Below, one piece after another: positions 31,280 to 38,508 of a stretch of DNA of 38,508 nucleotides. Source of the stretch: a virus. Its lineage: Duplodnaviria; Caudoviricetes. The DNA lies in IMG/VR virus record IMGVR_UViG_3300017700_000626, positions 1 through 38,508 of that record; one strand, given 5' to 3'. The notes beneath the pieces are model-generated. The model ran no database searches and was not told the DNA's origin. It was given only the letters and a program-made list of their open reading frames with translations. A program made the position numbers and the translations under genes. Every line of letters starts with the position of its first letter. Position 1 is the stretch's first letter.

Positions 31280-31548
31280 ATGACGGACACGACGGAATCT
31301 ATCACGTCCGCACATATGCTGATCCGAAAAGCCAACAGGCGCGGGATCGGTGGCTTGCGTTCAGGACTGAAAGCGGAATGCCAGTACGTCAGCAGCTAGA
31401 GCGGTTCGATACGGTTCCGAACGAGTTTGCAAAGCAATACGAGCGAATGAAGGTAAGCCGCGACAGTAACCGCATAACAGGTGGGTACGAAGCTGCTGAA
31501 AGCAGCGTAGTGAAACCCAATTCCATTCCTATAAGGACAGGGAAATGA
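31276..31548 (+). CDS. Hypothetical protein ending in repeat element
   Basis: ATGA-coupled at both ends. Confidence 0.5.
   Translation: MNDGHDGIYHVRTYADPKSQQARDRWLAFRTESGMPVRQQLERFDTVPNEFAKQYERMKVSRDSNRITGGYEAAESSVVKPNSIPIRTGK
31480..31516 (+). repeat. Junction repeat element, core copy D
   Basis: GGTGGGTACGAA-GCTGC-TGAAA-GCAGC-GTAGTGAAAC; same flanks as copy B with a different hairpin. Confidence 0.65.
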
Positions 31549-31706
31549 GCGAGACGGAAAAGCCAGAGGAAAGCGGCGGACCTTACACGTGTTGCCGCTG
31601 TACGGCCTCAACGTGGAACGATGACGACTGGTGCGACGAGTGCCGCGCTGAGTCAGCCGACGATTCGTCCATCCTCTCCCAATCCCAAGAGGGAGAGAAA
31701 GCCTAG
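31545..31706 (+). CDS. 53-aa Zn-ribbon protein (not in ORF track)
   Basis: MSETEKPEESGGPYTCCRCTASTWNDDDWCDECRAE...; ATGA-coupled. Confidence 0.6.
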   Translation: MSETEKPEESGGPYTCCRCTASTWNDDDWCDECRAESADDSSILSQSQEGEKA

Positions 31707-31707
31707 C

Positions 31708-31732
31708 GCAACTTTCGTTTCCGATTTACGTT
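31708..31732 (+). promoter_or_regulatory. EcfG/SigT-like general-stress promoter candidate
   Basis: GCAAC-N16-CGTT versus the consensus GGAAC-N16/17-CGTT. Confidence 0.45.
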
Positions 31733-31772
31733 CCATGACCAACGGCGCTCAAGCCGTGACAGGAGTTGCGAT

Positions 31773-32066
31773 ATGACCGCCAAGACCGACAAGAACGCAC
31801 CGAAACAATCGGCCCGCGAGAAAGACGAAGCTAACCGCCAGAGCCCGGATCATCCCGTTGGCACTGTGAACCCGCGCGAAGACCGCGACTTTTACCAGCG
31901 TCAGCGCGACGAATCGCCTGACGGCATGACTCCGGCAGAGCGAGACGCCCATCAAAAGGCGGCCCCCGGCTCTCTCGGACAAACCGCCCCCGATGGTGAA
32001 AAGCTTGGCGAGTCCGAGGACATTGCTAACCCGGCTGGTGGAACTGAGCAGTCGGGCGGTCGCTGA
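31773..32066 (+). CDS. Hydrophilic, probably disordered protein
   Basis: 97 aa rich in D/E/Q/P/G/R, with AGGAG RBS. Confidence 0.7.
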   Translation: MTAKTDKNAPKQSAREKDEANRQSPDHPVGTVNPREDRDFYQRQRDESPDGMTPAERDAHQKAAPGSLGQTAPDGEKLGESEDIANPAGGTEQSGGR

Positions 32067-32564
32067 GTGATTGAGATACCCCTTACCCGAGGGCTGGTTG
32101 CTGTCGTTGATGACGATGCAGCCCATTTAGGCGCGCTCAAGTGGCACGCCAGAACGGGTAAGGGGCTCTCTTACGCAGCCCGAAACGTGGTAGAGGGAGG
32201 AAGGCGCAAAACCCTCCTGCTCCACCGGCTTCTGATCCAAGCTAAACCCGGTGAGATTGTTGACCACATCAACGGCGACACGCTGGACAATCGAATGAGC
32301 AATCTGAGGATTGTTACCGCTTCCGAAAACCAAAGGAACCGTTCGGGCTCCCGAAGAGACAACCTTACCTCTCCGTATTTGGGAGTCAGTTTCAACAAGC
32401 CCTACGGAAAGTTCTCGTCTATCATTTTCGAGAACGGACGGAATCGGTGTCTTGGCTATTTTGACACCGCCGAAGAGGCGAATGTTGCCCGCCTTCGCGC
32501 TGAGAAAGAATTGTACGGAATTCAGCCGCGCCGTGCTGCGGCCTTTGAAGGAATGAGCCTATGA
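32067..32564 (+). CDS. HNH-AP2 endonuclease
   Basis: 'IPLTRG..A.VDDD..VDHINGDTLDNRMSNL..N' plus AP2 'GV....LGYFDT.EEA'. Confidence 0.88.
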   Translation: MIEIPLTRGLVAVVDDDAAHLGALKWHARTGKGLSYAARNVVEGGRRKTLLLHRLLIQAKPGEIVDHINGDTLDNRMSNLRIVTASENQRNRSGSRRDNLTSPYLGVSFNKPYGKFSSIIFENGRNRCLGYFDTAEEANVARLRAEKELYGIQPRRAAAFEGMSL

Positions 32565-32710
32565 GCCTTCTGTTTGTTCTCTTGGTCCTGCTTGGCTTCA
32601 TTGCCATGCTCTGCGCCAAGGTTCCTGTTCGTGGCTTCCCTGAGTGGCCAAGTTGGTTGCTTTGGACGCTAGCTGCTGTTATATGGGCGTATGGACATAC
32701 CCCTCACTAA
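32561..32710 (+). CDS. 49-aa two-TM membrane protein (not in ORF track)
   Basis: MSLLFVLLVLLGFIAMLCAKVPVRGFPEWPSWLLWTLAAVIWAYGHTPH; ATGA-coupled. Confidence 0.65.
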   Translation: MSLLFVLLVLLGFIAMLCAKVPVRGFPEWPSWLLWTLAAVIWAYGHTPH

Positions 32711-33182
32711 TGGTGGCGTTGCTTTAGTAGACGACGACCAAGCGTATTTGACACGGTTTGTGTGGTCCCGAACGGATCGCCATTCCGTGTCTTATGCTGT
32801 CAGGCGCGAGCGTCAGCCTGATGGGACGTACAAGATGATTCGGATGCACCGTGAGATTATGGGCGTTCAGGGCTCGAAAGAGCCGGTGGACCATATTAGC
32901 GGTGATGGCCTAGATAACCGCCGCTCCAATCTGAGGGTCTGCACACAAACAGAGAATGTCCGTAACGTTGCTGGGTCAACCCGACGAAACACCACAGGTT
33001 ACCGTGGAGTCAGTAGGCACAAGGGTAGATTCCGCGCCAGAATCCTAGTTGGCAAAAAGAAGGTCAGTCTGGGTTTGTTCGACACACCAGAACTTGCCAA
33101 TATAGCACGGCTAAAAGCCGAACGGATGCTGTGGGGCATAACTCCACGTCGTGCTGACGACCACGCCGCCGTTGTCTTGTGA
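32691..33182 (+). CDS. HNH-AP2 endonuclease
   Basis: 'IPLTNG..ALVDDD..VDHISGDGLDNRRSNL..N' plus AP2 'GYRGV...LGLFDT'. Confidence 0.88.
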   Translation: MDIPLTNGGVALVDDDQAYLTRFVWSRTDRHSVSYAVRRERQPDGTYKMIRMHREIMGVQGSKEPVDHISGDGLDNRRSNLRVCTQTENVRNVAGSTRRNTTGYRGVSRHKGRFRARILVGKKKVSLGLFDTPELANIARLKAERMLWGITPRRADDHAAVVL

Positions 33183-33231
33183 TAGCGGCGGTTTCGTGTA
33201 TCTTGACCAGACCGTTTCAAGGAGCCTTCCA

Positions 33232-33360
33232 ATGGGCACGAAGTCGAACCCCTCTTGCGCCTCCAAAGGCCGCATCAAGTCCATTGCCAGCCCCGGCAAC
33301 CCGCTGAAGGCTGCTGGTCAGTCTCAGCCGGGCGACAACTCGAAGCCGCGCCAGAAGTGA
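33232..33360 (+). CDS. Small basic protein upstream of terminase
   Basis: MGTKSNPS..., 42 aa, with AAGGAG RBS. Confidence 0.55.
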   Translation: MGTKSNPSCASKGRIKSIASPGNPLKAAGQSQPGDNSKPRQK

Positions 33361-33362
33361 TC

Positions 33363-33392
33363 TTGACGGGCTCGATCTGTCGGGCCTAGTCT
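33363..33392 (+). promoter_or_regulatory. Putative late promoter for terminase operon
   Basis: TTGACG-18-TAGTCT. Confidence 0.4.
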
Positions 33393-33451
33393 CCACCCGA
33401 ACCTGACGCAGAGCTACGGCACAAGCGCAGCGTTCACAGACTGAGTGACTG

Positions 33452-33829
33452 ATGGCTGTAACAGGCCGACCGCGTTTGTATGAAGATGCTGAGTCCTTTG
33501 CCGGTGCGGTGGAGGACTACTTCACGTTCTGTGAAGGCGTTGGAAAACGTCCCACTCTCTCAGGTCTCAGCTACGCGCTAGGCTTTGACGATCGCGAGAC
33601 ATTCAGCAACTATAGCGGTTACGGTGATGACTTTTCCCGCACCGTTAAAAGGGCGAAGCTCAGAATCGGTGATTGGCTTGAGCAGCGCTTGACCAACAAG
33701 GACACTTTCACGCCGGGCATTATCTTCGACCTGAAGAACAATCACGGCTGGAAGGATAAGACCGAACAGGAGCATACGGGCGATATGTCCTTCACCGTTG
33801 TCACTGGCGTGCCTCGTGCCAACGGTTAG
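33452..33829 (+). CDS. terS: Terminase small subunit (P22 gp3-like)
   Basis: 'GRPRLYE...YF..C...TLSGL...IFDLKNNHGWKDK.E'. Confidence 0.85.
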   Translation: MAVTGRPRLYEDAESFAGAVEDYFTFCEGVGKRPTLSGLSYALGFDDRETFSNYSGYGDDFSRTVKRAKLRIGDWLEQRLTNKDTFTPGIIFDLKNNHGWKDKTEQEHTGDMSFTVVTGVPRANG

Positions 33830-35087
33830 CCTCGGCTACGCTCCACGCCCACAGTTCGTCCCGTTCCATACGAGGACGCAGCGCTGGTCCGCTCTGGTCT
33901 GTCACCGGAGGGCCGGAAAGACTGTTGCGACAATAGCTGACCTGATTGACGCCTTGCTGCGTTGCCCGAAGGATAATCCGCGCGGAGCCTATGTCGCTCC
34001 GACGTTCGTTCAGGCCAAGGATGTTGCATGGGAGTACGCCAAGAGGTTCTCAGCAGCCATTCCCGGCGTGACGTTCAATGAGTCGGAACTGCGCATCGAC
34101 TATCCGAATGGTGCTCGCCTGAGACTATACGGCGCTGAGAACTATGACCGGATGCGCGGCCTGTATCTGGATTTCCTTGTGCTGGACGAATACGCGGACA
34201 TGAACCCGGCTGCGTGGCCAGAGGTTTTGCGCCCGGCGCTGGCAGACAGGAAAGGTCAGTGCGTCTTCATCGGTACGCCAAAGGGCCGCAACGCTTTCTG
34301 GGAGATATGCGAGCAGGCCAAGGGTTCGCCTGAGTGGTTCTATGATCGCATGAAGGCTAGTGAGACGGGGATTGTCGATCCTGATGAGCTTGCGGATGCT
34401 CGGGCCTCCATGACCAAGGAGCAATACGCGACGGAGTTTGAGTGCAGCTTTGATAGCGCTGTCGTCGGGTCTTACTACGGGGGAGAGATTGAGCAGGCTT
34501 ATGAGGAACGTCGCATTGGCAGCGTGCCTCACGATCCTGCCTTACCCGTTACGACGTATTGGGATTTGGGTCTTGATGATGCGACGGCTGTCTGGTTCGT
34601 CCAGACGCTAGGCAAGGAGATTCGGGTTATCGAGGCGATGGAGTGGACGCAGACGCCGCTCACGCAGATCGGGTCCGAGGTCATGGCCAAGGGCTACACC
34701 TATAAGGATCATGTCTTCCCGCATGACGTAAGGGTCCGGGAGATGACCACAGGCCGGAGCCGGGAGGAGGTCATGAGGAATATCCTTGGCCGCCTGTCCA
34801 TCGCCCCGATGTTGGACGTTGAGGACGGGATCAACGCCTTGCGGACGTTGTTCAGCCGGATGTGGCTGGATCAGACCAAATGCAAAGGGCTGATTGAGGC
34901 GCTTAAGAACTATCGGAAGAAGTGGGACGACAAGCGCAAGGTGTTTGAGAACCGGCCTTATCATGACTGGTCATCGCACTTCGCGGACGCTGGACGGATG
35001 CTGGCTGTGACCTATCGCGAGGTCATCCAGCAGGATCGAGAGCGTTACGGACGCAAGGGGTCGAAGCGTTCGGCTTGGGCGGCCTAG
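33816..35087 (+). CDS. terL: Terminase large subunit
   Basis: Walker A 'HRRAGKT', Walker B 'LVLDEY', 'GTPKG', and nuclease 'WDLG..D' and 'HDWSSH.AD'. Confidence 0.95.
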   Translation: MPTVSLGYAPRPQFVPFHTRTQRWSALVCHRRAGKTVATIADLIDALLRCPKDNPRGAYVAPTFVQAKDVAWEYAKRFSAAIPGVTFNESELRIDYPNGARLRLYGAENYDRMRGLYLDFLVLDEYADMNPAAWPEVLRPALADRKGQCVFIGTPKGRNAFWEICEQAKGSPEWFYDRMKASETGIVDPDELADARASMTKEQYATEFECSFDSAVVGSYYGGEIEQAYEERRIGSVPHDPALPVTTYWDLGLDDATAVWFVQTLGKEIRVIEAMEWTQTPLTQIGSEVMAKGYTYKDHVFPHDVRVREMTTGRSREEVMRNILGRLSIAPMLDVEDGINALRTLFSRMWLDQTKCKGLIEALKNYRKKWDDKRKVFENRPYHDWSSHFADAGRMLAVTYREVIQQDRERYGRKGSKRSAWAA

Positions 35088-35131
35088 GTGAGCGTGACTT
35101 TATCGTTTTCGTGCGCTAACGTGCATCATTC

Positions 35132-35242
35132 ATGCGGAGAAGCGCGATGCGGCGCGAGCTTTTGCTAATCGCCATTGCAAGGTTGGAGGCAGAGGGGAAT
35201 GTCCTCGCCGTCCGTATGCTGAGGGAGTTGCTGAATGGTTGA
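35132..35242 (+). CDS. 36-aa helical peptide (not in ORF track)
   Basis: MRRSAMRRELLLIAIARLEAEGNVLAVRMLRELLNG; fills the gap and overlaps the next start. Confidence 0.4.
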   Translation: MRRSAMRRELLLIAIARLEAEGNVLAVRMLRELLNG

Positions 35243-35978
35243 TGTTCCGGTTCAGAAGCGTCGTGGCAGGCCGCCCAAACAGCCCCGTCCTGTCGAGGTC
35301 GTGCAGGCTGAGGCGGAAACGCCTGCGACTGTCGTTCGCCCGGAACCTGACCCTGAGCACGCCCAGAACAAGGTGGTTGAGGAAACCGACCCGATCAGCG
35401 GGCGCGTGATCGCGGTCTATCCTGATGCTGGCGAGGAAGTGGAGTTGCCGGATTATGTTGCTATTGTTCGTGACGGCGACATTGAGACTGCGATTGATCG
35501 CGCCCGTGAGTTGATGGCTGAGGCGACGTTTGAGCCGGTTGAGTATGAGGTCGCGCTTTCCCCCCGTGAAGTCGAAGCCGCCAAGGACGTTCCTGTCATC
35601 CCGGAAGGCGTAGGCATTGAGAAGCCTGAGCCTGTTGAGGAGCGTGAGCTTTCGCCTCAGCAAGTCGTCGCCCTTGATCGCGACTATGACGGGGATGCGG
35701 GAGGCTCGCGCCCCCTCGCCAAGCTGACGGACCTACAGCGTAACGCCTTCATGCAGGACACCGTTGACGCTTACGAAGGCCAGTTTGAGGTCAAGCGGAC
35801 TGACGCCTTCAATCGCGTCTGGACGATGCGTCATGAGACCTACCAGAATCGGGATCATATGCTGATCCGTGTGGATCGCGGCCCGACTGGCTGGCAACGG
35901 CTTATCTCGACGGCATTCTTCACGCCGGGCCATGCGCTCATCGCTCTTGAAGAGCTAGACGGTGAATCTGCCCGATGA
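35235..35978 (+). CDS. Acidic protein with N-terminal AT-hook
   Basis: 'KRRGRPPK' followed by a Glu/Pro-rich region. Confidence 0.65.
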   Translation: MVDVPVQKRRGRPPKQPRPVEVVQAEAETPATVVRPEPDPEHAQNKVVEETDPISGRVIAVYPDAGEEVELPDYVAIVRDGDIETAIDRARELMAEATFEPVEYEVALSPREVEAAKDVPVIPEGVGIEKPEPVEERELSPQQVVALDRDYDGDAGGSRPLAKLTDLQRNAFMQDTVDAYEGQFEVKRTDAFNRVWTMRHETYQNRDHMLIRVDRGPTGWQRLISTAFFTPGHALIALEELDGESAR

Positions 35979-36205
35979 GCGCCGATGTTGTGGAGTTGGG
36001 CGTTAAGACCCGGCTGGACATTCCGCCTGAACGGGTTCTGACTAAAGCGCTTGAGGTTGGTATGACGGAAGTGGTCATCTGCGGGTTCGACGCGGACGGA
36101 AACGAGTACTTCGCATCGTCACAGGCTGATGGTGGTGATGTTCTGTGGCACATGGAGCGCGCCAAGTGGCGGCTTATGCAGGTGACAGATGACGAACAAG
36201 GCTAA
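35975..36205 (+). CDS. Conserved-type phage hypothetical protein
   Basis: 'VL..A....V.I.G.D.DG..YFASS..D....W..ER.K' pattern. Confidence 0.65.
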   Translation: MSADVVELGVKTRLDIPPERVLTKALEVGMTEVVICGFDADGNEYFASSQADGGDVLWHMERAKWRLMQVTDDEQG

Positions 36206-36506
36206 CACCATCGCCGCCGGGCTACGGTCCAAGGGCTACAACGTCGTCTGGGCTGAAGAGACTGCCGATCAGGTGGCCTTGGCTATCGACTTCATCGGCA
36301 ACAAGGAATTGCCTTGGGTCCGGGCCTTCCATCTGGATTCGGCTGGCTGCGATGTCCCGGCCTTCATGGCTGAGATTGAGGCGTGGAAAGAGGATGTGCG
36401 CAAGCATCTGTCCTTTGGCGTTGCGTCTCCCACGGTTCGGGCGGTGATTGCTCACTACGGCATCAAGCGGGCCAAGCAGGCTGTCAAGGCGGTTGAATAT
36501 GTCTGA
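36189..36506 (+). CDS. Hypothetical protein
   Basis: Coupled ORF before the portal. Confidence 0.55.
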   Translation: MTNKANTIAAGLRSKGYNVVWAEETADQVALAIDFIGNKELPWVRAFHLDSAGCDVPAFMAEIEAWKEDVRKHLSFGVASPTVRAVIAHYGIKRAKQAVKAVEYV

Positions 36507-38412
36507 CCCCGACGAAGGCCCGAACATGGAAGTGGACGGCGACTCCCTGCTGGCCAAACTGGAGGCGTGGGGGAACGACGCGGACCAACACTGGTCAACA
36601 TGGGCTGAGGAGGCCCGTGAAGATTACGATATGGTCGCCGGTCGCCAATGGGAACCGGAAGCCATTGCGGAAATGGAGGAAGACAACCGGATTCCGGTGA
36701 CCTTCAACCGCATTGAAACCACGATTGACGCTGTGTCTGGCGCTGAAATCATGGGCAGACAGGAGGTCACCTATCTTCCCCGGACGGTGGAAGACACGGG
36801 CGTAACGGACGTTCTGTCCCAAGGCGCTCAGTGGCTGCGCCAGTCCTGCGATGCGGAAGACGAGGAGTCCGAAGCCTGCCGGGACACGCTCATCTGCGGG
36901 ATTGGCGTGACGGAGACGCGGGTTTCGTATGACGAGGAGCCTGACGGGCAGATCATCATCGAGCGGTGTGATCCGCTACAGTTCAAGGTCGATCCGTCGA
37001 GCAAGAAAGCTAACTTTGCGGATGCGCGCTACATCAAGCGCGATGTTCCCATGTCGAAGGAGGAGGCCGAGGAGGAGTTCGGTGATCTGGACTTTGACCA
37101 GACCGATTCGACCAACACGCGCACGCCGGTGATCGTTGATCCTCAGGTTCGGTACAAGAATGGCGAGGGACAGGAAGGGTCTGACAACGAGGTCAAGGTC
37201 ACTGAGTACCAGTGGTTTGAGAGCTATCACGTCAACCGCATCCAGCATCCGATAACGGGTGAAGAGGTGGAGATTGACGACGAGGCGCTTGAGGTTGTGA
37301 TGGCCGAGAGTCCCGGCGTTGAGCTTCAGCCTGTCCGTCAGAAGCGCCGTCGCTATTGGAAAGCCTTTGTGGTCGCCGGTCAGGTTCACGACAAGACCGA
37401 GATTGAGGCGGGACAGTTCACCTACAAGTTCATCACCGGCAAGCGGGATCGGAACAAGGGGACCTATTACGGTCTCGTCCGTCCGATGAAGAGCCCTCAG
37501 CGGTTCAGCAACAAGTTCTTCTCCTCCATGCTGGAGCAGTTCATCAAGGGCGCTAAGGGCGGCGTTATGGCTGAGGAAGGCGCGGTTGCGGACCAGCGCC
37601 AGTTTGAGAACAGTTGGGCGCAGTCGGATGCTATCACATGGGTTCCTAACGGCTCGCTAAGCCAGAACCGGATTCAGGAAAAGCCTAACCAGCCGCTAAG
37701 CCCGGCCCTGCCTCCGATGCTGGAGTTCTCCGTCTCATCCATCCGGGATGTAACCGGCGTCAACCTCGAAATGCTGGGCGGTGCTGATCGTCAGCAGCCG
37801 GGCATTCTGGAGCATCAGCGCAAGCAGGCGGCTTACGGCATCCTCTCGGCGTTCTTCAATGCGTTCCGGCGCTATCGGAAGATTCAAGGGCGTCTGTTCC
37901 TCAAGATGATGCAACTGTATCTGCCTGAGGATCAGCTTGTGCGGATCGTGGGCGATGACGGCGAGGCGAAGTATGTCCCGCTGGCCCTGTCCCAAGAGGC
38001 TGGCAAGTATGACGTGATTGTGGACGAGGCCCCGACCAGCCCGAACCAGAAGGAGCGCATCTTCGCCATCCTGACGCAGTTCCAAGGCATGATCGCAGAG
38101 GCTAGCCCGGAGATTCAGGCCGAGTTGGTCAAATACAGCCCGTTGCCTGCCGCCCTGAGCGAGAAGCTCGTTAAAATCCTGATGACGCCCGCACCGCCTG
38201 ATCCGATGGCCGAAAAGCAAGCGCAACTTGGCATGGCCGGAATGGAGCAGAACGTCCGCAAGGTGGCCAGCGAAGCGACTGAGAACGAGGCCAACGCGAA
38301 GCAAAGCGATGCTGCGGCGGCGAAAGACCTGACGGAAGCCATGCGGAATGACGCAGAGGCCTCGTTGATGCAAACTGTGAACCAACTAGCGGGTGGAGAC
38401 CCTAATGTCTGA
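36499..38412 (+). CDS. Portal protein (P22 gp1-like)
   Basis: 'G.QW...R.PVTFNRI...IDAVSG.E', 'YGLVR.MK.PQ..N', 'YDV.VDE.P..P..K' and a C-terminal helical barrel; ATG 36499. Confidence 0.9.
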   Translation: MSDPDEGPNMEVDGDSLLAKLEAWGNDADQHWSTWAEEAREDYDMVAGRQWEPEAIAEMEEDNRIPVTFNRIETTIDAVSGAEIMGRQEVTYLPRTVEDTGVTDVLSQGAQWLRQSCDAEDEESEACRDTLICGIGVTETRVSYDEEPDGQIIIERCDPLQFKVDPSSKKANFADARYIKRDVPMSKEEAEEEFGDLDFDQTDSTNTRTPVIVDPQVRYKNGEGQEGSDNEVKVTEYQWFESYHVNRIQHPITGEEVEIDDEALEVVMAESPGVELQPVRQKRRRYWKAFVVAGQVHDKTEIEAGQFTYKFITGKRDRNKGTYYGLVRPMKSPQRFSNKFFSSMLEQFIKGAKGGVMAEEGAVADQRQFENSWAQSDAITWVPNGSLSQNRIQEKPNQPLSPALPPMLEFSVSSIRDVTGVNLEMLGGADRQQPGILEHQRKQAAYGILSAFFNAFRRYRKIQGRLFLKMMQLYLPEDQLVRIVGDDGEAKYVPLALSQEAGKYDVIVDEAPTSPNQKERIFAILTQFQGMIAEASPEIQAELVKYSPLPAALSEKLVKILMTPAPPDPMAEKQAQLGMAGMEQNVRKVASEATENEANAKQSDAAAAKDLTEAMRNDAEASLMQTVNQLAGGDPNV

Positions 38413-38508
38413 CGTTTCTTACGACGACAACGGCGCTGACGACGGCTTTGACGCTGAAATGAACGAAGCGCGTCAGGCTCAAGAGCAGGACGACGCCGGG
38501 CATGACGA
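38405..38508 (+). CDS. Probable scaffolding protein, N-terminal fragment (truncated by window)
   Basis: MSDVSYDDNGADDGFDAEMNEARQAQEQDDAGHD..., acidic, directly after the portal with a GGAG RBS. Confidence 0.6.
   Translation, partial: MSDVSYDDNGADDGFDAEMNEARQAQEQDDAGHD

Larger units (their letters stand above)
1..38508. mobile_element. Near-complete tailed phage genome (podovirus-like, circularly permuted)
   Basis: Terminase, portal, capsid, tail, ejection, lysis, replication and recombination modules are all present with no host housekeeping genes. The window ends inside a gene after the portal and begins just upstream of the capsid gene. Confidence 0.95.

Noticed and set aside
16583-33182. 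HNH genes as group I intron or intein cargo
   Set aside because: Flanking genes are intact and abut or overlap them; no split gene or intron-sized non-coding flanks.
1-38508. tRNA/rRNA genes and alternative genetic code
   Set aside because: No cloverleaf seen in the few intergenic gaps; genes are full length and tightly packed under the standard code.

Overview
This window is a near-complete, circularly permuted ~39-40 kb podovirus-type (P22/N4-gp56-like) phage genome, not host chromosome. Gene order: major capsid, adaptor/tail, ejection proteins, collagen fibre, beta-helix tailspike and lysis cassette (+, 123-16599). Next is a minus-strand early/replication arm (16583-26758) with small accessory genes, two DNA methyltransferases, a lambdoid-type initiator and loader, GcrA-like and CtrA-DBD-like regulators and an XRE HTH. 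Then come a plus-strand recombination arm (ERF, SSB, Gp157-like), terminase, portal and the start of a probable scaffold gene that would wrap round to the capsid gene. The GcrA/CtrA-like genes suggest an alphaproteobacterial, probably Caulobacteraceae, host (inference). I found no integrase, tRNA or CRISPR array. Most notable: (1) a dispersed ~45-85 bp hairpin-cored repeat family, with half-copies, at gene and domain junctions of the accessory arms, suggesting a cassette-shuffling system; (2) a C5-methyltransferase whose motif IX is encoded in an overlapping reading frame; (3) two unannotated GPGGH/proline-rich micropeptides flanking the tailspike, one a 12-proline peptide coupled to a membrane protein at the head of the lysis operon; (4) a cell-cycle-regulator mimic cluster; (5) a leader peptide plus antisense RNA architecture at the replication gene; (6) seven HNH genes. 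All family assignments come from motif recognition by eye; no searches were run.
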